Source of the DNA: Chthoniobacteraceae bacterium
Lineage (GTDB): Bacteria > Verrucomicrobiota > Verrucomicrobiia > Chthoniobacterales > Chthoniobacteraceae
Length of the DNA stretch: 28,742 nucleotides
Assembly (NCBI GenBank): GCA_040081625.1
Contig: JBEBGD010000070.1
Span: 1 to 28,742, forward strand
Direction of reading: 5' to 3'
The translations under genes and the position numbers were made by a program. Shown here in pieces: positions 7,531 to 16,803 of the stretch. Each line of letters begins with the position of its first letter. Position 1 is the first letter of the stretch. Below the pieces are notes generated by a model, which did no database searches, was not told the origin of the DNA, and saw nothing but the letters and a program-made list of their open reading frames with translations.

Positions 7531-9201
7531 ATGCACTTTCGCGCACTCCGGGTTCTATCTCTCGTTGTCATGCTGCCGCTCGCGACGGGTTCGCTCCGTG
7601 CGCAGAAGCAGGAGGAACCCGCCGCCGCGGCTGCCAGTGGCGAGGCGCGCTCGGCGCCGGCGCTGCGCGCGCTGATGGCGAACATCGACGCGGCGGCGGC
7701 GGAGATGGCGCAGAAACGCGCTGTGTTTCAGCAGGCGGTGACACCGGAGGAGAAGGCCGCGGCAAGCAAGGAAATCGACGCGTTGCGCGAGAAGATCGAC
7801 GGGCTTCGCCTGGACTTCGCGTCGCTCGCGGCGGGCCGGAACTGGCGGACGGTGAGCGCCCCGGTGTCCGAGAAATTCGACATGGCCCAGGAGGTCGAGC
7901 AGTTGCTCCGGCCGATCCTGCGGGAGATGCGGGGACTGACGGCGAACCCGCGCGAGATCGAGAGCCTGCGCTCGATGGTGAATGATCACCGCAGGCGCGA
8001 GGTGGAGGTGAAGGCCGCGATCGATCACCTCGCGGCGCTGGTGGAATCGCTCCCGGAGGGCGATTTGAAGCCGCGCTTGCTGGCTCTGCGTGGCGATTGG
8101 GACATGCAATTCGAGCAGATCCGCAATGACCTCGAGGTCGCGCAGTTTCAACTCGCCGAGAAGCTCGCATCCCAGCGCACCGTGCTCGGCACGTTCCGAG
8201 AATTCACGGCGAGTTTTTTCCGGAGTCGCGGGAGGAATCTTTTGCTCGCGGGCTTCGCGTTTGTCGGAGTCTTCGTGCTGCTGCGGTTGATCCGCTGGTA
8301 TGTGCTGAGGATTCACGCGATTCGCAGCCGTTTCCGGCGCTCGTTCGCGATCCGGTTCCTCGACATTCTGTATTACGTTTTTTGCGTGCTGGGCGCCACG
8401 ACGACGATGCTCGTGGTGCTCTATTCGTCCGGCGACTGGGTGTTGCTGGGCGTGGCGATTCTTTTCCTCGCGGGTTTCGCGTGGGCGAGCAAGACGGTGC
8501 TGCCGGGCTTTTACGAGCAGGCCAAGCTGCTGCTCAATCTCGGCCCCGTGCGGGAAGGCGAGCGCGTGGTTTTCAACGGCGTGCCGTGGGAGGTGCAGAC
8601 GATCAATTTCTACACCGAGCTCGCGAACCCGGCGTTCGAGGGCGCGCGGATCCGGCTGCCGCTGCGCGATCTCCTCGCGCTCAATTCGCGCCCGACCGAG
8701 GAGTCGCTGCCGTGGTTTCCGTGCCGGCGGAATGACTGGGTGCGCCTGAGCGACCAGACGCGCGGCAAGGTCGTGGAGCTGACGCCCGAGTGGGTGCGGC
8801 TCGTCCTGCTCGGCGGCAGCCGCAAGACTTACACCGTCGCAGCTTTCCTCGATTTGCATCCGGAGAGTCTCTCGCACAATTTCCGCGTGCGCGTGCGGTT
8901 CGGGATCGACTACGCGCATCAGGCGGACGCGACGACGCGAGTCCCGGAGTTGATGGAGAGCGCGGTGAAGGCGGGCCTGCTCGCGATGATCGACCACGCG
9001 GACTTGAAGAACCTCAGCGTGGATTTCTGCGAAGCTGCCGCGTCGTCGCTCGACTACCTGGTGCTGGCGGATTTCTCCGGCCATGTCGCGCCGAGGGCGG
9101 AGCAGCTCGAGCGGGCGATCCAGCGGATGCTGGTGGAGGCGGCCAATGAGCACGGCTGGGTGATCCCGTTCCAGCAGCTCACGGTTCACCAGGCACATTG
9201 A
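7531..9201 (+). CDS. MscS-like membrane protein with N-terminal coiled-coil periplasmic domain
   Basis: Signal peptide, about 200 aa helical region, three TM segments, GPVREGERVVFNG...V..INFYTEL (MscS beta-domain-like) and C-terminal FGIDY...IPFQQLTVH. Confidence 0.65.
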   Translation: MHFRALRVLSLVVMLPLATGSLRAQKQEEPAAAAASGEARSAPALRALMANIDAAAAEMAQKRAVFQQAVTPEEKAAASKEIDALREKIDGLRLDFASLAAGRNWRTVSAPVSEKFDMAQEVEQLLRPILREMRGLTANPREIESLRSMVNDHRRREVEVKAAIDHLAALVESLPEGDLKPRLLALRGDWDMQFEQIRNDLEVAQFQLAEKLASQRTVLGTFREFTASFFRSRGRNLLLAGFAFVGVFVLLRLIRWYVLRIHAIRSRFRRSFAIRFLDILYYVFCVLGATTTMLVVLYSSGDWVLLGVAILFLAGFAWASKTVLPGFYEQAKLLLNLGPVREGERVVFNGVPWEVQTINFYTELANPAFEGARIRLPLRDLLALNSRPTEESLPWFPCRRNDWVRLSDQTRGKVVELTPEWVRLVLLGGSRKTYTVAAFLDLHPESLSHNFRVRVRFGIDYAHQADATTRVPELMESAVKAGLLAMIDHADLKNLSVDFCEAAASSLDYLVLADFSGHVAPRAEQLERAIQRMLVEAANEHGWVIPFQQLTVHQAH

Positions 9202-9271
9202 CCGCGCGCTCCGCGACCGCGCGCCAAATGGTGTTTGTCATTCCGGCCCGGTTGTCCGTAGGTGTGCGCCT

Positions 9272-9910
9272 GTGACTTCGCGTTCATCGCCTCTGCCCGC
9301 TTCCGATTGGGAGTTGCTCGCCTGCCACGATTGCGACGCGCTTTTCCGCACGCGCGATTTGCAGGTCGGAGAGAGCGTGGTCTGTCCGCACTGCGCTGCG
9401 AAGCTGCACACGCATCGGGCCAATGGCGTCCATCGCGCGGCGGCGTTCGCGATGAGCGCGGCGTCGTTTTTCTTCATCGCGAACGTCTTTCCTTTCATCG
9501 AGATGGAGTCCGGCAGTCAGGTCAACACCATCGTGCTCGCGCAAAGCGTCTCCGCACTCGACGCGCACGGCAGCCCGTGGCTGGCCGCGGCGGTCGCGGT
9601 GTTCATCCTCGGCGCGCCGCTGCTGATGATCGGCGGGATGCTTTATCTCCTCGTGCCGCTGGTGCATGGGCGCCGTCTGCCGGGCGCGACCCGCGTCTGC
9701 CGCTGGGTCTATGGGACCGATACGTGGAACATGATCGAAGTCTTCCTGATCGGCGTGCTGGTGAGTCTGCTCAAGCTCGCCGATATCGCCACGGTCACGC
9801 TCGGCGTTTCGTTCTGGGCCTTCGCGGGGCTGATCATCTGTCTCGCCGCCTCGGTCTCGGCGATCGATCGGCGCGATCTTTGGGACCGCCTGGAGGTCGC
9901 GCGCGCATGA
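9272..9910 (+). CDS. pqiA: PqiA-family membrane protein, first half
   Basis: ACHDC...CPHC, ANVFPF, WNMIEVFLIGVLVSLLKL. Confidence 0.88.
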   Translation: MTSRSSPLPASDWELLACHDCDALFRTRDLQVGESVVCPHCAAKLHTHRANGVHRAAAFAMSAASFFFIANVFPFIEMESGSQVNTIVLAQSVSALDAHGSPWLAAAVAVFILGAPLLMIGGMLYLLVPLVHGRRLPGATRVCRWVYGTDTWNMIEVFLIGVLVSLLKLADIATVTLGVSFWAFAGLIICLAASVSAIDRRDLWDRLEVARA

Positions 9911-10542
9911 GCACGTATGCTCCCGAGACCGCTGCCGCGCGCGGACTGGCCGCCTGCCATTGGTGTGGAAAAGTGCAGCCGCTCGAAGTCGTCCGCTGCG
10001 CGCGCTGCGACGCCGCGCTGCACTTGCGCAAACCGCACAGCCTCCAGCGCACGTGGGCGCTCACGCTCGCGGCGGCATTCCTCTACGTGCCCGCAAACCT
10101 CCTTCCGATCCTCAAGTCCGCCCGCATCGGCGGCGGCGAGGAGAACACGATCCTCGGCGGCGTCATCATGTTCTGGGAACATCGCGCCTATCCGATCGCC
10201 ATCGTCGTCTTCACGGCGAGCGTCGTCATTCCGATCCTGAAGATCATCGCCATCGCCGCGCTCTGCGCCTCGACAAGACGCTGCTCGCGACCGCGCGCGA
10301 TGACCCGTGTCTATCGGCTCACCGAACTCGTCGGCCGCTGGTCGATGATCGACGTTTTCGTCGTCGCGATCCTCGTCGCGGTCGTGCAACTGGGCACGCT
10401 CTGGTCCATCGAGCCCGGCCCGGCTGCGCTTGCCTTCGCGGGCGTGGTTGTCTTGACGATGCTCGCCGCGATGTCATTCGATCCGCGGCTGCTCTGGGAC
10501 GCCGCAGGCGGTCCCGGTGTGCGCCCACATCCAGAGACATGA
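9907..10542 (+). CDS. pqiA: PqiA-family membrane protein, second half
   Basis: ATG 9907 in an ATGA overlap. ACHWC...CARC, RKPHSLQRTWAL, YVPANLLPI, GRWSMIDVFVVAIL, FDPRLLWD. Confidence 0.9.
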   Translation: MSTYAPETAAARGLAACHWCGKVQPLEVVRCARCDAALHLRKPHSLQRTWALTLAAAFLYVPANLLPILKSARIGGGEENTILGGVIMFWEHRAYPIAIVVFTASVVIPILKIIAIAALCASTRRCSRPRAMTRVYRLTELVGRWSMIDVFVVAILVAVVQLGTLWSIEPGPAALAFAGVVVLTMLAAMSFDPRLLWDAAGGPGVRPHPET

Positions 10543-12194
10543 CCGAAGAAACCGAAGACACAGAACCACCAGTGCGCGTCGCGCCGATCGTGCGCGACCG
10601 GCGGCGCCTGTCGCCGGTCTGGATCATCCCCATCATCGCCGGGGTGCTCGGCGCGTGGCTCGTGTGGGAGTTTTACGCGAGCAAGGGGCCGCTGGTCGAA
10701 GTGCGCTTCGAGACCGCGGAAGGCGTGGCCGCGAAGAAGACCGCGGTGCAATGCCGCAGCGTGAACATCGGCATGGTCGAGACCGTGCGGCTCGCGCACG
10801 ATCTGAAAAGCGTCGTCACCACGCTGCGGATCGATCGCGACGCGGCCGGGCTGCTGAAAAGCGACACGCGGTTCTGGGTCGTGCGTCCGCGGTTCGGCGG
10901 CTCGGGCATCTCGGGCCTCGGCACGCTGGTCTCGGGCACCTACATTGAACTCGATCCCGGCGTCGCGCCCGACGAGATGGACCGGTTCGAGGGCCTCGAG
11001 AATCCGCCCGTCACGCCGCAGGGCGTTCCCGGCCTGCACGTCACGCTGATCGCGGACAAGGCCGGCTCGGTCGGGCCCGGCTCCTCGGTTTCATACAAGG
11101 GCATCAAGGTCGGTCGCATCGAAAGCCAGGACTTGAACGCAAAGGAAGGGCGCGTCGAATTCGGCGCCTTCATCGAGGGCGACTTCGGAAAGCTCATCAC
11201 CAACCGCACGCGGTTCTGGAACGTCAGCGGCCTCGATCTCGACATCGGCGTCAACGGCGTCCGCCTGCGCACCGGCACGCTCGAAGCGCTCGTCGTCGGC
11301 GGCGTCGCGTTCGAGACCAGCGAGACCGGCGCAAACGTGTGGCCGGCAAATGACGGCGCCATCTTCCCCCTCTACGATAGCTACGACGCCACCGAGCAGA
11401 CGACGCTCAACCCACGCCTGACCTATCTGCTGCTCTTCAAGGACAGCGTGCGCGGCCTCAGCCCCGAGGCACCGGTCGAGTTCCGCGGCATTCGCGTCGG
11501 CACCGTCACCGGCATCTCCTTCGACTACCTGCCGAACGACCCCGAGCGCCGCGTGCCCGTCCTGATCAAGATCGACCCAAACCTCATCACCGATCTGCCC
11601 GACGACGACATCTCCGCCGGACCTGCGGTGATCGCGCAGAGCGTGCGCAACGGACTGCGAGCCACCTTGCGCGCCGGCAGCCTGCTCACCGGTCAGCTCT
11701 TCGTGGATCTCGACATGCAAAAGGACGCGGAGCCCGCCGAGGTCGTCGAGATCGGCGGCTACCGCACGATCCCCACCATCTCCACCGGCCTCGCGCAGTT
11801 GCAGGACAAGCTCACCGCCGTGCTCGACAAAATACAGGGCCTCAAGCTCGAGCAGACCGTGGACAACGCCGCGGCCGCGCTCGCCGAGGTCAAGATCGCC
11901 GCCACCGACTTGAAAGGCGCCGCCGCCGGCCTCGACAAGCTGCTCGCCTCCAAGGACACGCAAGCCCTTCCCGGCGACCTCAAAAAGTCGCTCGCCGCGC
12001 TGCAAAAGACCCTCGACGGCTTCAACGAAAACTCCCCGGTCTATCGCGAACTGGTCGCGACGATCCAGGACTTAAGCAATGCCATGCGCTCGATCGACTC
12101 GCTCAGCTCCACCATCGAACGCAAACCCAGCTCGCTGCTCTGGGGCAATCCCAAGGGCAAAGTCAGCCCGCCCAAAGGCAAGCCGGCCCCCTGA
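10539..12194 (+). CDS. pqiB: Intermembrane transport protein PqiB (three MCE/MlaD domains plus helical tail)
   Basis: ATG 10539 in an ATGA overlap. SPVWIIPIIA, FWVVRPR...SGLGTLVSGTYIELDPG, TRFWNVSG, FKDSVRGL...VEFRGIRVG, SLLTGQLFVDLD, KPSSLLWG. Confidence 0.92.
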   Translation: MTEETEDTEPPVRVAPIVRDRRRLSPVWIIPIIAGVLGAWLVWEFYASKGPLVEVRFETAEGVAAKKTAVQCRSVNIGMVETVRLAHDLKSVVTTLRIDRDAAGLLKSDTRFWVVRPRFGGSGISGLGTLVSGTYIELDPGVAPDEMDRFEGLENPPVTPQGVPGLHVTLIADKAGSVGPGSSVSYKGIKVGRIESQDLNAKEGRVEFGAFIEGDFGKLITNRTRFWNVSGLDLDIGVNGVRLRTGTLEALVVGGVAFETSETGANVWPANDGAIFPLYDSYDATEQTTLNPRLTYLLLFKDSVRGLSPEAPVEFRGIRVGTVTGISFDYLPNDPERRVPVLIKIDPNLITDLPDDDISAGPAVIAQSVRNGLRATLRAGSLLTGQLFVDLDMQKDAEPAEVVEIGGYRTIPTISTGLAQLQDKLTAVLDKIQGLKLEQTVDNAAAALAEVKIAATDLKGAAAGLDKLLASKDTQALPGDLKKSLAALQKTLDGFNENSPVYRELVATIQDLSNAMRSIDSLSSTIERKPSSLLWGNPKGKVSPPKGKPAP

Positions 12195-12198
12195 TTTC

Positions 12199-12765
12199 AT
12201 GACGACCCTGCGCCTCCTCACGCTCACCACCGCGCTGGCCCTCGCCGCATGCACCACCGCGGAAACCTACTACCGCCTCAGCTCCGACGGCCCCGTCCCC
12301 GCGAACCTCTCCGGCTTCTCCCTCGGCGTCGGCCCCGTCACGCTGCCCGACTACATCGACCGCGGCGAAGTCGTCTTCCAGAGCGAAGCCAACCGCTTCG
12401 AAGTGCCCTACGACCATCGCTGGGCCGGCTCGCTCCGCGAGACGACCACGCGCGTCCTCGGCACCAATCTCGCCCGCCGGCTCGGCACCGGAAACCTCCA
12501 CCTCCACCCTTGGGCGCCGGGCACGACCGTGCGTTATCAAGTCAGCGTCGATGTGCGCCAGTTCCACGCCGTCTCCGGCGGCGACGCCATCCTCCAGACC
12601 GCCTGGCGCGTCGAGGATACGCAAAGCGGAAGAGTCGTCGTGCGGCAGGCCGGCAATTTCACCGAGCCGGTGCAGGGCGATGGCTACGAAGCGGTCGTCG
12701 CCGCCGAGAGCCGCCTCCTCGCGCAACTCGCCGACGCCATCGCCGCGGGTTTTCCGCGCCGGTAG
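12199..12765 (+). CDS. pqiC: PqiC-family lipoprotein (ABC_trans_aux domain)
   Basis: ATG 12199, lipobox LAAC, YYRLS, VGPVTLPDYIDR, HRWAGSL. Confidence 0.88.
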   Translation: MTTLRLLTLTTALALAACTTAETYYRLSSDGPVPANLSGFSLGVGPVTLPDYIDRGEVVFQSEANRFEVPYDHRWAGSLRETTTRVLGTNLARRLGTGNLHLHPWAPGTTVRYQVSVDVRQFHAVSGGDAILQTAWRVEDTQSGRVVVRQAGNFTEPVQGDGYEAVVAAESRLLAQLADAIAAGFPRR

Positions 12766-12824
12766 CCGGCAGTCCTGCTTCTGCTCGAGCGTGGCGCACT
12801 CGGCTTCGCCGTTGGTTCGGACAT

Positions 12825-12868
12825 GCCGCCTCCCAAACCCCGCGAGGACCCTCCCGCGGGGCGGCTTT
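12825..12868. terminator. Possible terminator-like hairpin between convergent pqiC and cls
   Basis: CCCCGCG (12838-12844) pairs with CGCGGGG (12855-12861). An outer GCCGC/GCGGC pair is possible, but the T tail is only TTT. Confidence 0.3.
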
Positions 12869-12889
12869 CGGGAACCGGGCGTTCGCACT

Positions 12890-14314
12890 TCACAAGTAAG
12901 GCGCGAACAGCCGCGCGATGCCGTCGCGCAGCCTCACCGGCAGCGGGCGCGCGTCCATCTCCTCGAGCGTCACGCGGCGGGCGACGGCGCGCTTGCGCTC
13001 GACGAGTGCCTCGAGCCGGGCGCCCAGTTCGGCGCTGTAGCACTCGACATCGAACTCGAAGTTCAGCCGCAGGCTGCGGGCGTCCCAGTTCGCCGAGCCG
13101 AAGAGCGACCACTCGCCGTCCACGAGCAGGAGCTTGGAATGGTCGAACGGGGCGGGCGCGCGCCACACGCGGCAGCCGCGACCGAGCACCTGCCAGAGCT
13201 GCGCGTCGCTCGCCCACTCCACATGCCGGAGGTCGCCACGGTCGGGCAGGATGATATCCACCTCGACGCCGCGCAGCGCGGCGATGTTCAGCGCGGAGAT
13301 GAGCACGCTGTCGGGCAGGAAATACGGCGTGAGGATGCGCACCGACTTGCGTGCGACGGCGAGCGCGCCGTGGATGGTCCACCGCAACCGCTCGAAGTTT
13401 TCGTCCGGCCCGGTCTCGAGGCCGCGCGCGGCCATCGCGCCGCACGAGGCGAGTGAGGGGAACCACTTTTCACCCGAGAGCACTTCGTCGGTGGCAAACT
13501 GCCAGTCGGCGGCGAAGACCTCCGCGAGGTGCGCCACGACGGGGCCGTGCAGCCGGAAGTGCAGGTCGCGGCTGCACTCGTCCTGGCCCCAGTAATCGCT
13601 CGCGATATTGATCCCGCCGGTGAAACCGACGCGGCCATCGGCGACGAGGATTTTGCTGTGGTTGCGGAGGTTCGCGACCAGGAAGCGTGCGGGGACGAGC
13701 GTGGGATTGAACACGCCGACGGTTACGCCGGCTCTGCGCAGCGCCGGTGCGGCGGAGCCCCACGAGAAGCGCGCGTCGGTGTCGTCGAGCAGCACGCGCA
13801 CTTCGACGCCGCGCGCCACGGCGCGGCCCAGCGCATCGACGAATCGCTGGCCGATGCCGTCGCGGTCGAAAATGTAGGTCGCCAGCGCGAGTGATTCGCG
13901 CGCGCCGTCGATGGCTTCGAGCATCGCCGGATACGCCTGCGCGCCGTCGATCAGCGGTTCGATGCGATTGCCTGCCAGTAGCGCGCGCGGCACGAGCTGG
14001 CCCACGAGCTGCGCCAGCGGCCGAAGCGCCCCGGGCACATCGCACGCACTCGCGTCGTCCCGCGGCGGAGTGTGTGCGCGCGCGTCTTCGCGGCGCAGCG
14101 CCGTCGCGCGGCGCTCGATCCGGTTGATGCCCAGCAGCAGGTAGAGCAGCGGCCCCGCGAGCGGCAGCAGCCAGATCACGACGCACCACAGCACCGCGGA
14201 GCGCGAATCGCGTTTCCAGATGACCGCGTGGCCCGATGCGAGCAGGGCGGCGAGCAGCGTGAGCGTGACGGTAAGGTAGCGCCAGCCGTGCGAGAGCCAG
14301 TCGGTCCATTCCAT
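12890..14314 (-). CDS. cls: Cardiolipin synthase (PLD superfamily)
   Basis: ATG 14314. N-terminal TM pair (PLDc_N-like) and two HKD motifs, NHSKILVADG and DHSKLLLVDG, plus GSANWDARSLRLNFE. Confidence 0.9.
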   Translation of the reverse strand: MEWTDWLSHGWRYLTVTLTLLAALLASGHAVIWKRDSRSAVLWCVVIWLLPLAGPLLYLLLGINRIERRATALRREDARAHTPPRDDASACDVPGALRPLAQLVGQLVPRALLAGNRIEPLIDGAQAYPAMLEAIDGARESLALATYIFDRDGIGQRFVDALGRAVARGVEVRVLLDDTDARFSWGSAAPALRRAGVTVGVFNPTLVPARFLVANLRNHSKILVADGRVGFTGGINIASDYWGQDECSRDLHFRLHGPVVAHLAEVFAADWQFATDEVLSGEKWFPSLASCGAMAARGLETGPDENFERLRWTIHGALAVARKSVRILTPYFLPDSVLISALNIAALRGVEVDIILPDRGDLRHVEWASDAQLWQVLGRGCRVWRAPAPFDHSKLLLVDGEWSLFGSANWDARSLRLNFEFDVECYSAELGARLEALVERKRAVARRVTLEEMDARPLPVRLRDGIARLFAPYL

Positions 14315-14318
14315 CGGC

Positions 14319-14786
14319 TCAATACACCCCGGGAATGAGCCGCCGCACCCGCCGGGCGTAGGCGTCGTAGTTTGGAAACAATTCGCGAAGCCAGCTCTCC
14401 TCGAGGCGGGCCTTGGCATCGAGCAACATGGCGAGCGCGAGTGCGGCGACCAGCGCCGGCCCGCTCCACCACAGCAAGGCCCAGCCGATCGAAATGAGGC
14501 ACAGGCTGGTGTAGAGCGGATGCCGCACGATGCTGAAGATGCCGTGCTCGACCAGCCGCGCGTCCTCCCGTGGCTTCGGAAACGGGGTGCGATTGCGGCC
14601 CAGCGCGCGCACGCCGGCCACGCCGAAAAGCGCGCCCGCCCCGAGCAGCAACGCCCCGGCCACGATGCCAGGTCTGTGCGACTGCTGACTGCGGAGAACC
14701 GGACCGAGCGCGAGCACGGCGAGCGTCAGGAAATTCTGCGCCCACACCCACGGGCTGCCGCGAGCGAGCCAGTCCGGCGGCTTCAT
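14319..14786 (-). CDS. ICMT/PEMT-family integral-membrane methyltransferase
   Basis: ATG 14786 in an ATGA overlap with the upstream gene. LGRNRTPFPKP, LVEHGIFSIVRHPLY, KARLEESWL...Y..Y...VRRLIP. Confidence 0.85.
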   Translation of the reverse strand: MKPPDWLARGSPWVWAQNFLTLAVLALGPVLRSQQSHRPGIVAGALLLGAGALFGVAGVRALGRNRTPFPKPREDARLVEHGIFSIVRHPLYTSLCLISIGWALLWWSGPALVAALALAMLLDAKARLEESWLRELFPNYDAYARRVRRLIPGVY

Positions 14787-16153
14787 TTTTCGGCGAAGAC
14801 GAGGTCGGCGGGTTGCCACAGCGGGCAGTCGGCCTCGAGGAATGCAGCCATGCCGCCCATCACGTTTTGCAGTTTCGTGAAGCCATTGGCCATGAGCAGG
14901 CTCGCGGCGATCGAGCTGCGGTAGCCGCTGCCGCACATCACGGCCAGCGCACGATCGCGAGGGATCTGTTCGAGACGACGCGGTAGCGATGGCAGTGGGA
15001 CGTGAAGCGCGCCGTCGATGTGCTGCTTGGTCCACTCGCCCGGCGTGCGCACATCGAGCACGAGCGGAGCTTCGCCGCCGTGGAGGGCGGTGCGCAGGTC
15101 GCAGACGCTGAGTTGGGAAAGTTGATGCGTGCGGGTGAGCGCGCCGGCTTCGATGAAGCCGGGAACGTCGTCGTAGCCGATGCGCGCCAGCTCCAGCCTC
15201 GCCCTGGTCGCGTCATCGGCGGATGCGGTCACGAGCGCGATCGGTCTGCCGAATGGGACGATGAAGCCGACCCAGGTCGAGAAGAGCGCGGCGTCGATGC
15301 CGATGTTCACGCTGCCGGGGAAATGTCCCGCGCCGAATGCCGCGGCGCTGCGCGTGTCGATGACGATGCCGCCGGCCTTCAACTCCTCCTCCGAAAGCGC
15401 GCGCAGCCCAGGCAGCTCACTCAGCGGCTTCGCGCCTTGCAGGTTCATCTGCACGTCGTGCGCGAAGTAGGCTGGGCGATCCGGTAGATTCGCCACCATC
15501 GCTTCGACAAACTCCGCGCGTTCGCGAATCGCGAGCGCCCAGTTGTCCGCCCGTTCCTGCCCGATCGTGGTGAATGGCGCGGAGGAAATCTTGCGGCCGC
15601 AGAGCGAGCCGGCGCCGTGCGCGGGGTGGACTTCCGTCTCGTCCGGCAGCGCGAGGAGCTTCGTGAAGAGTGAATCGTAGAGCGCATCGGCGAGGACGGT
15701 CGGCTTCTCGTCGGCGTCGCGCAGGTCGGGTCGGCCGACATCGCCGACGAAGAGCGTGTCGCCGGTGAAGACGTGGACGGGGCGGCCGTCTTCGCGCACA
15801 AGCCAGCTCACGCTGTCGGGCGAATGGCCCGGCGTTTCCATCGCCACGATCTCGATCCCGCCGACGGGAATCACGTCGCCATCGCGCAGAGGCACGCGTT
15901 CGTAAGCGGTCTTCGCGAGGTGCGAGATGTAGATTTTCGCACCGGTGCGCCGGGCCAGTTCGACATGCCCGGAGACGAAGTCGGCGTGCGGATGGGTCTC
16001 GAGAATTGCGACGATGCGCAGTCCTTTGGCCGCGGCGTCGGCGATGTAATCATCCACGTCGCGCTTGGGATCGACGACGGCGGCTTCCCCGCCCGCGCCG
16101 ACGAGATACGAAGCGTGGGCGAGACCTTCGACGTAGTAACGCTTGAGAATCAC
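14783..16153 (-). CDS. MBL-fold persulfide dioxygenase fused to two rhodanese domains (CstB-like)
   Basis: GTG 16153. ETHPHADFVSG, TPGHS, FTGDTLFVGDVGRPDL, PAHGAGSLCG, a middle rhodanese-like domain without an active-site Cys, and a C-terminal rhodanese with CGSGYRS. Confidence 0.85.
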   Translation of the reverse strand: MILKRYYVEGLAHASYLVGAGGEAAVVDPKRDVDDYIADAAAKGLRIVAILETHPHADFVSGHVELARRTGAKIYISHLAKTAYERVPLRDGDVIPVGGIEIVAMETPGHSPDSVSWLVREDGRPVHVFTGDTLFVGDVGRPDLRDADEKPTVLADALYDSLFTKLLALPDETEVHPAHGAGSLCGRKISSAPFTTIGQERADNWALAIRERAEFVEAMVANLPDRPAYFAHDVQMNLQGAKPLSELPGLRALSEEELKAGGIVIDTRSAAAFGAGHFPGSVNIGIDAALFSTWVGFIVPFGRPIALVTASADDATRARLELARIGYDDVPGFIEAGALTRTHQLSQLSVCDLRTALHGGEAPLVLDVRTPGEWTKQHIDGALHVPLPSLPRRLEQIPRDRALAVMCGSGYRSSIAASLLMANGFTKLQNVMGGMAAFLEADCPLWQPADLVFAEK

Positions 16154-16725
16154 GCCGCCGCCTCCGTCTTGCAGCACGCGCCCGCGCGCCGGTTCCACGG
16201 CATCCGGGCGATGAGCAGACCCATGCCGCACCAATCGGTGATCCCCGCGAACATCAAGCCCGCGCCGACAAAACCCGCGAGCCAGATGAACGCCGGATGG
16301 ATGAAGTGTGCGAGCAACACGCCGACGAGGACGATGCCGCCCGCCGCGATGCGGACCTGCCGCTCGAGCGACATGACTTTCGCGCCCTTCGTCACCGGCA
16401 GTCCGGCGGCTTCCCACGCGCTCACGCCGCCCTCGACGACAGTGACATTTTCCAGTCCCGCGCTGGCGAGTTGATCGGCCGCCTTGCGAGCGCGACTGCC
16501 GCTGCGGCAGAAGACGATGCACCCGTCGGTCGCGTTCACTTCGCGAGCGAGCGCCGCGGCATCGAGTTCATCGAGCGGGATCAGTCGCGAACCGGGAATG
16601 TGCGTCTCGCTGTATTCGAGCGGCGTGCGGACATCGAGCAGCACGGGCGCGCCGGGACCGTCCTTGCGGCGTGCGGCTTCGGCGGGGCTGATGGTGGGGA
16701 CGGTGGTTTGCGTGGCTGGTGTCAT
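16150..16725 (-). CDS. Membrane-anchored rhodanese with DUF2892 (YgaP-like)
   Basis: LLDVRTPLEYSETHIPGS, active loop CRSGSRA, then SLERQVRIAAG...FAGITDWCGM...MPWN. Confidence 0.88.
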   Translation of the reverse strand: MTPATQTTVPTISPAEAARRKDGPGAPVLLDVRTPLEYSETHIPGSRLIPLDELDAAALAREVNATDGCIVFCRSGSRARKAADQLASAGLENVTVVEGGVSAWEAAGLPVTKGAKVMSLERQVRIAAGGIVLVGVLLAHFIHPAFIWLAGFVGAGLMFAGITDWCGMGLLIARMPWNRRAGACCKTEAAA

Positions 16726-16803
16726 GGCGGTTGGTATTTCGCCCGTGATCGAGTCGCGAGCGACGAAAAGCTTGCGAACGCGGTGGCCGCGCGCCGACTC
16801 GGA

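Noticed and set aside
9262..10542. A single frameshifted pqiA pseudogene
   Set aside because: Both halves have proper starts, stops, their own Cys motifs and an ATGA coupling.
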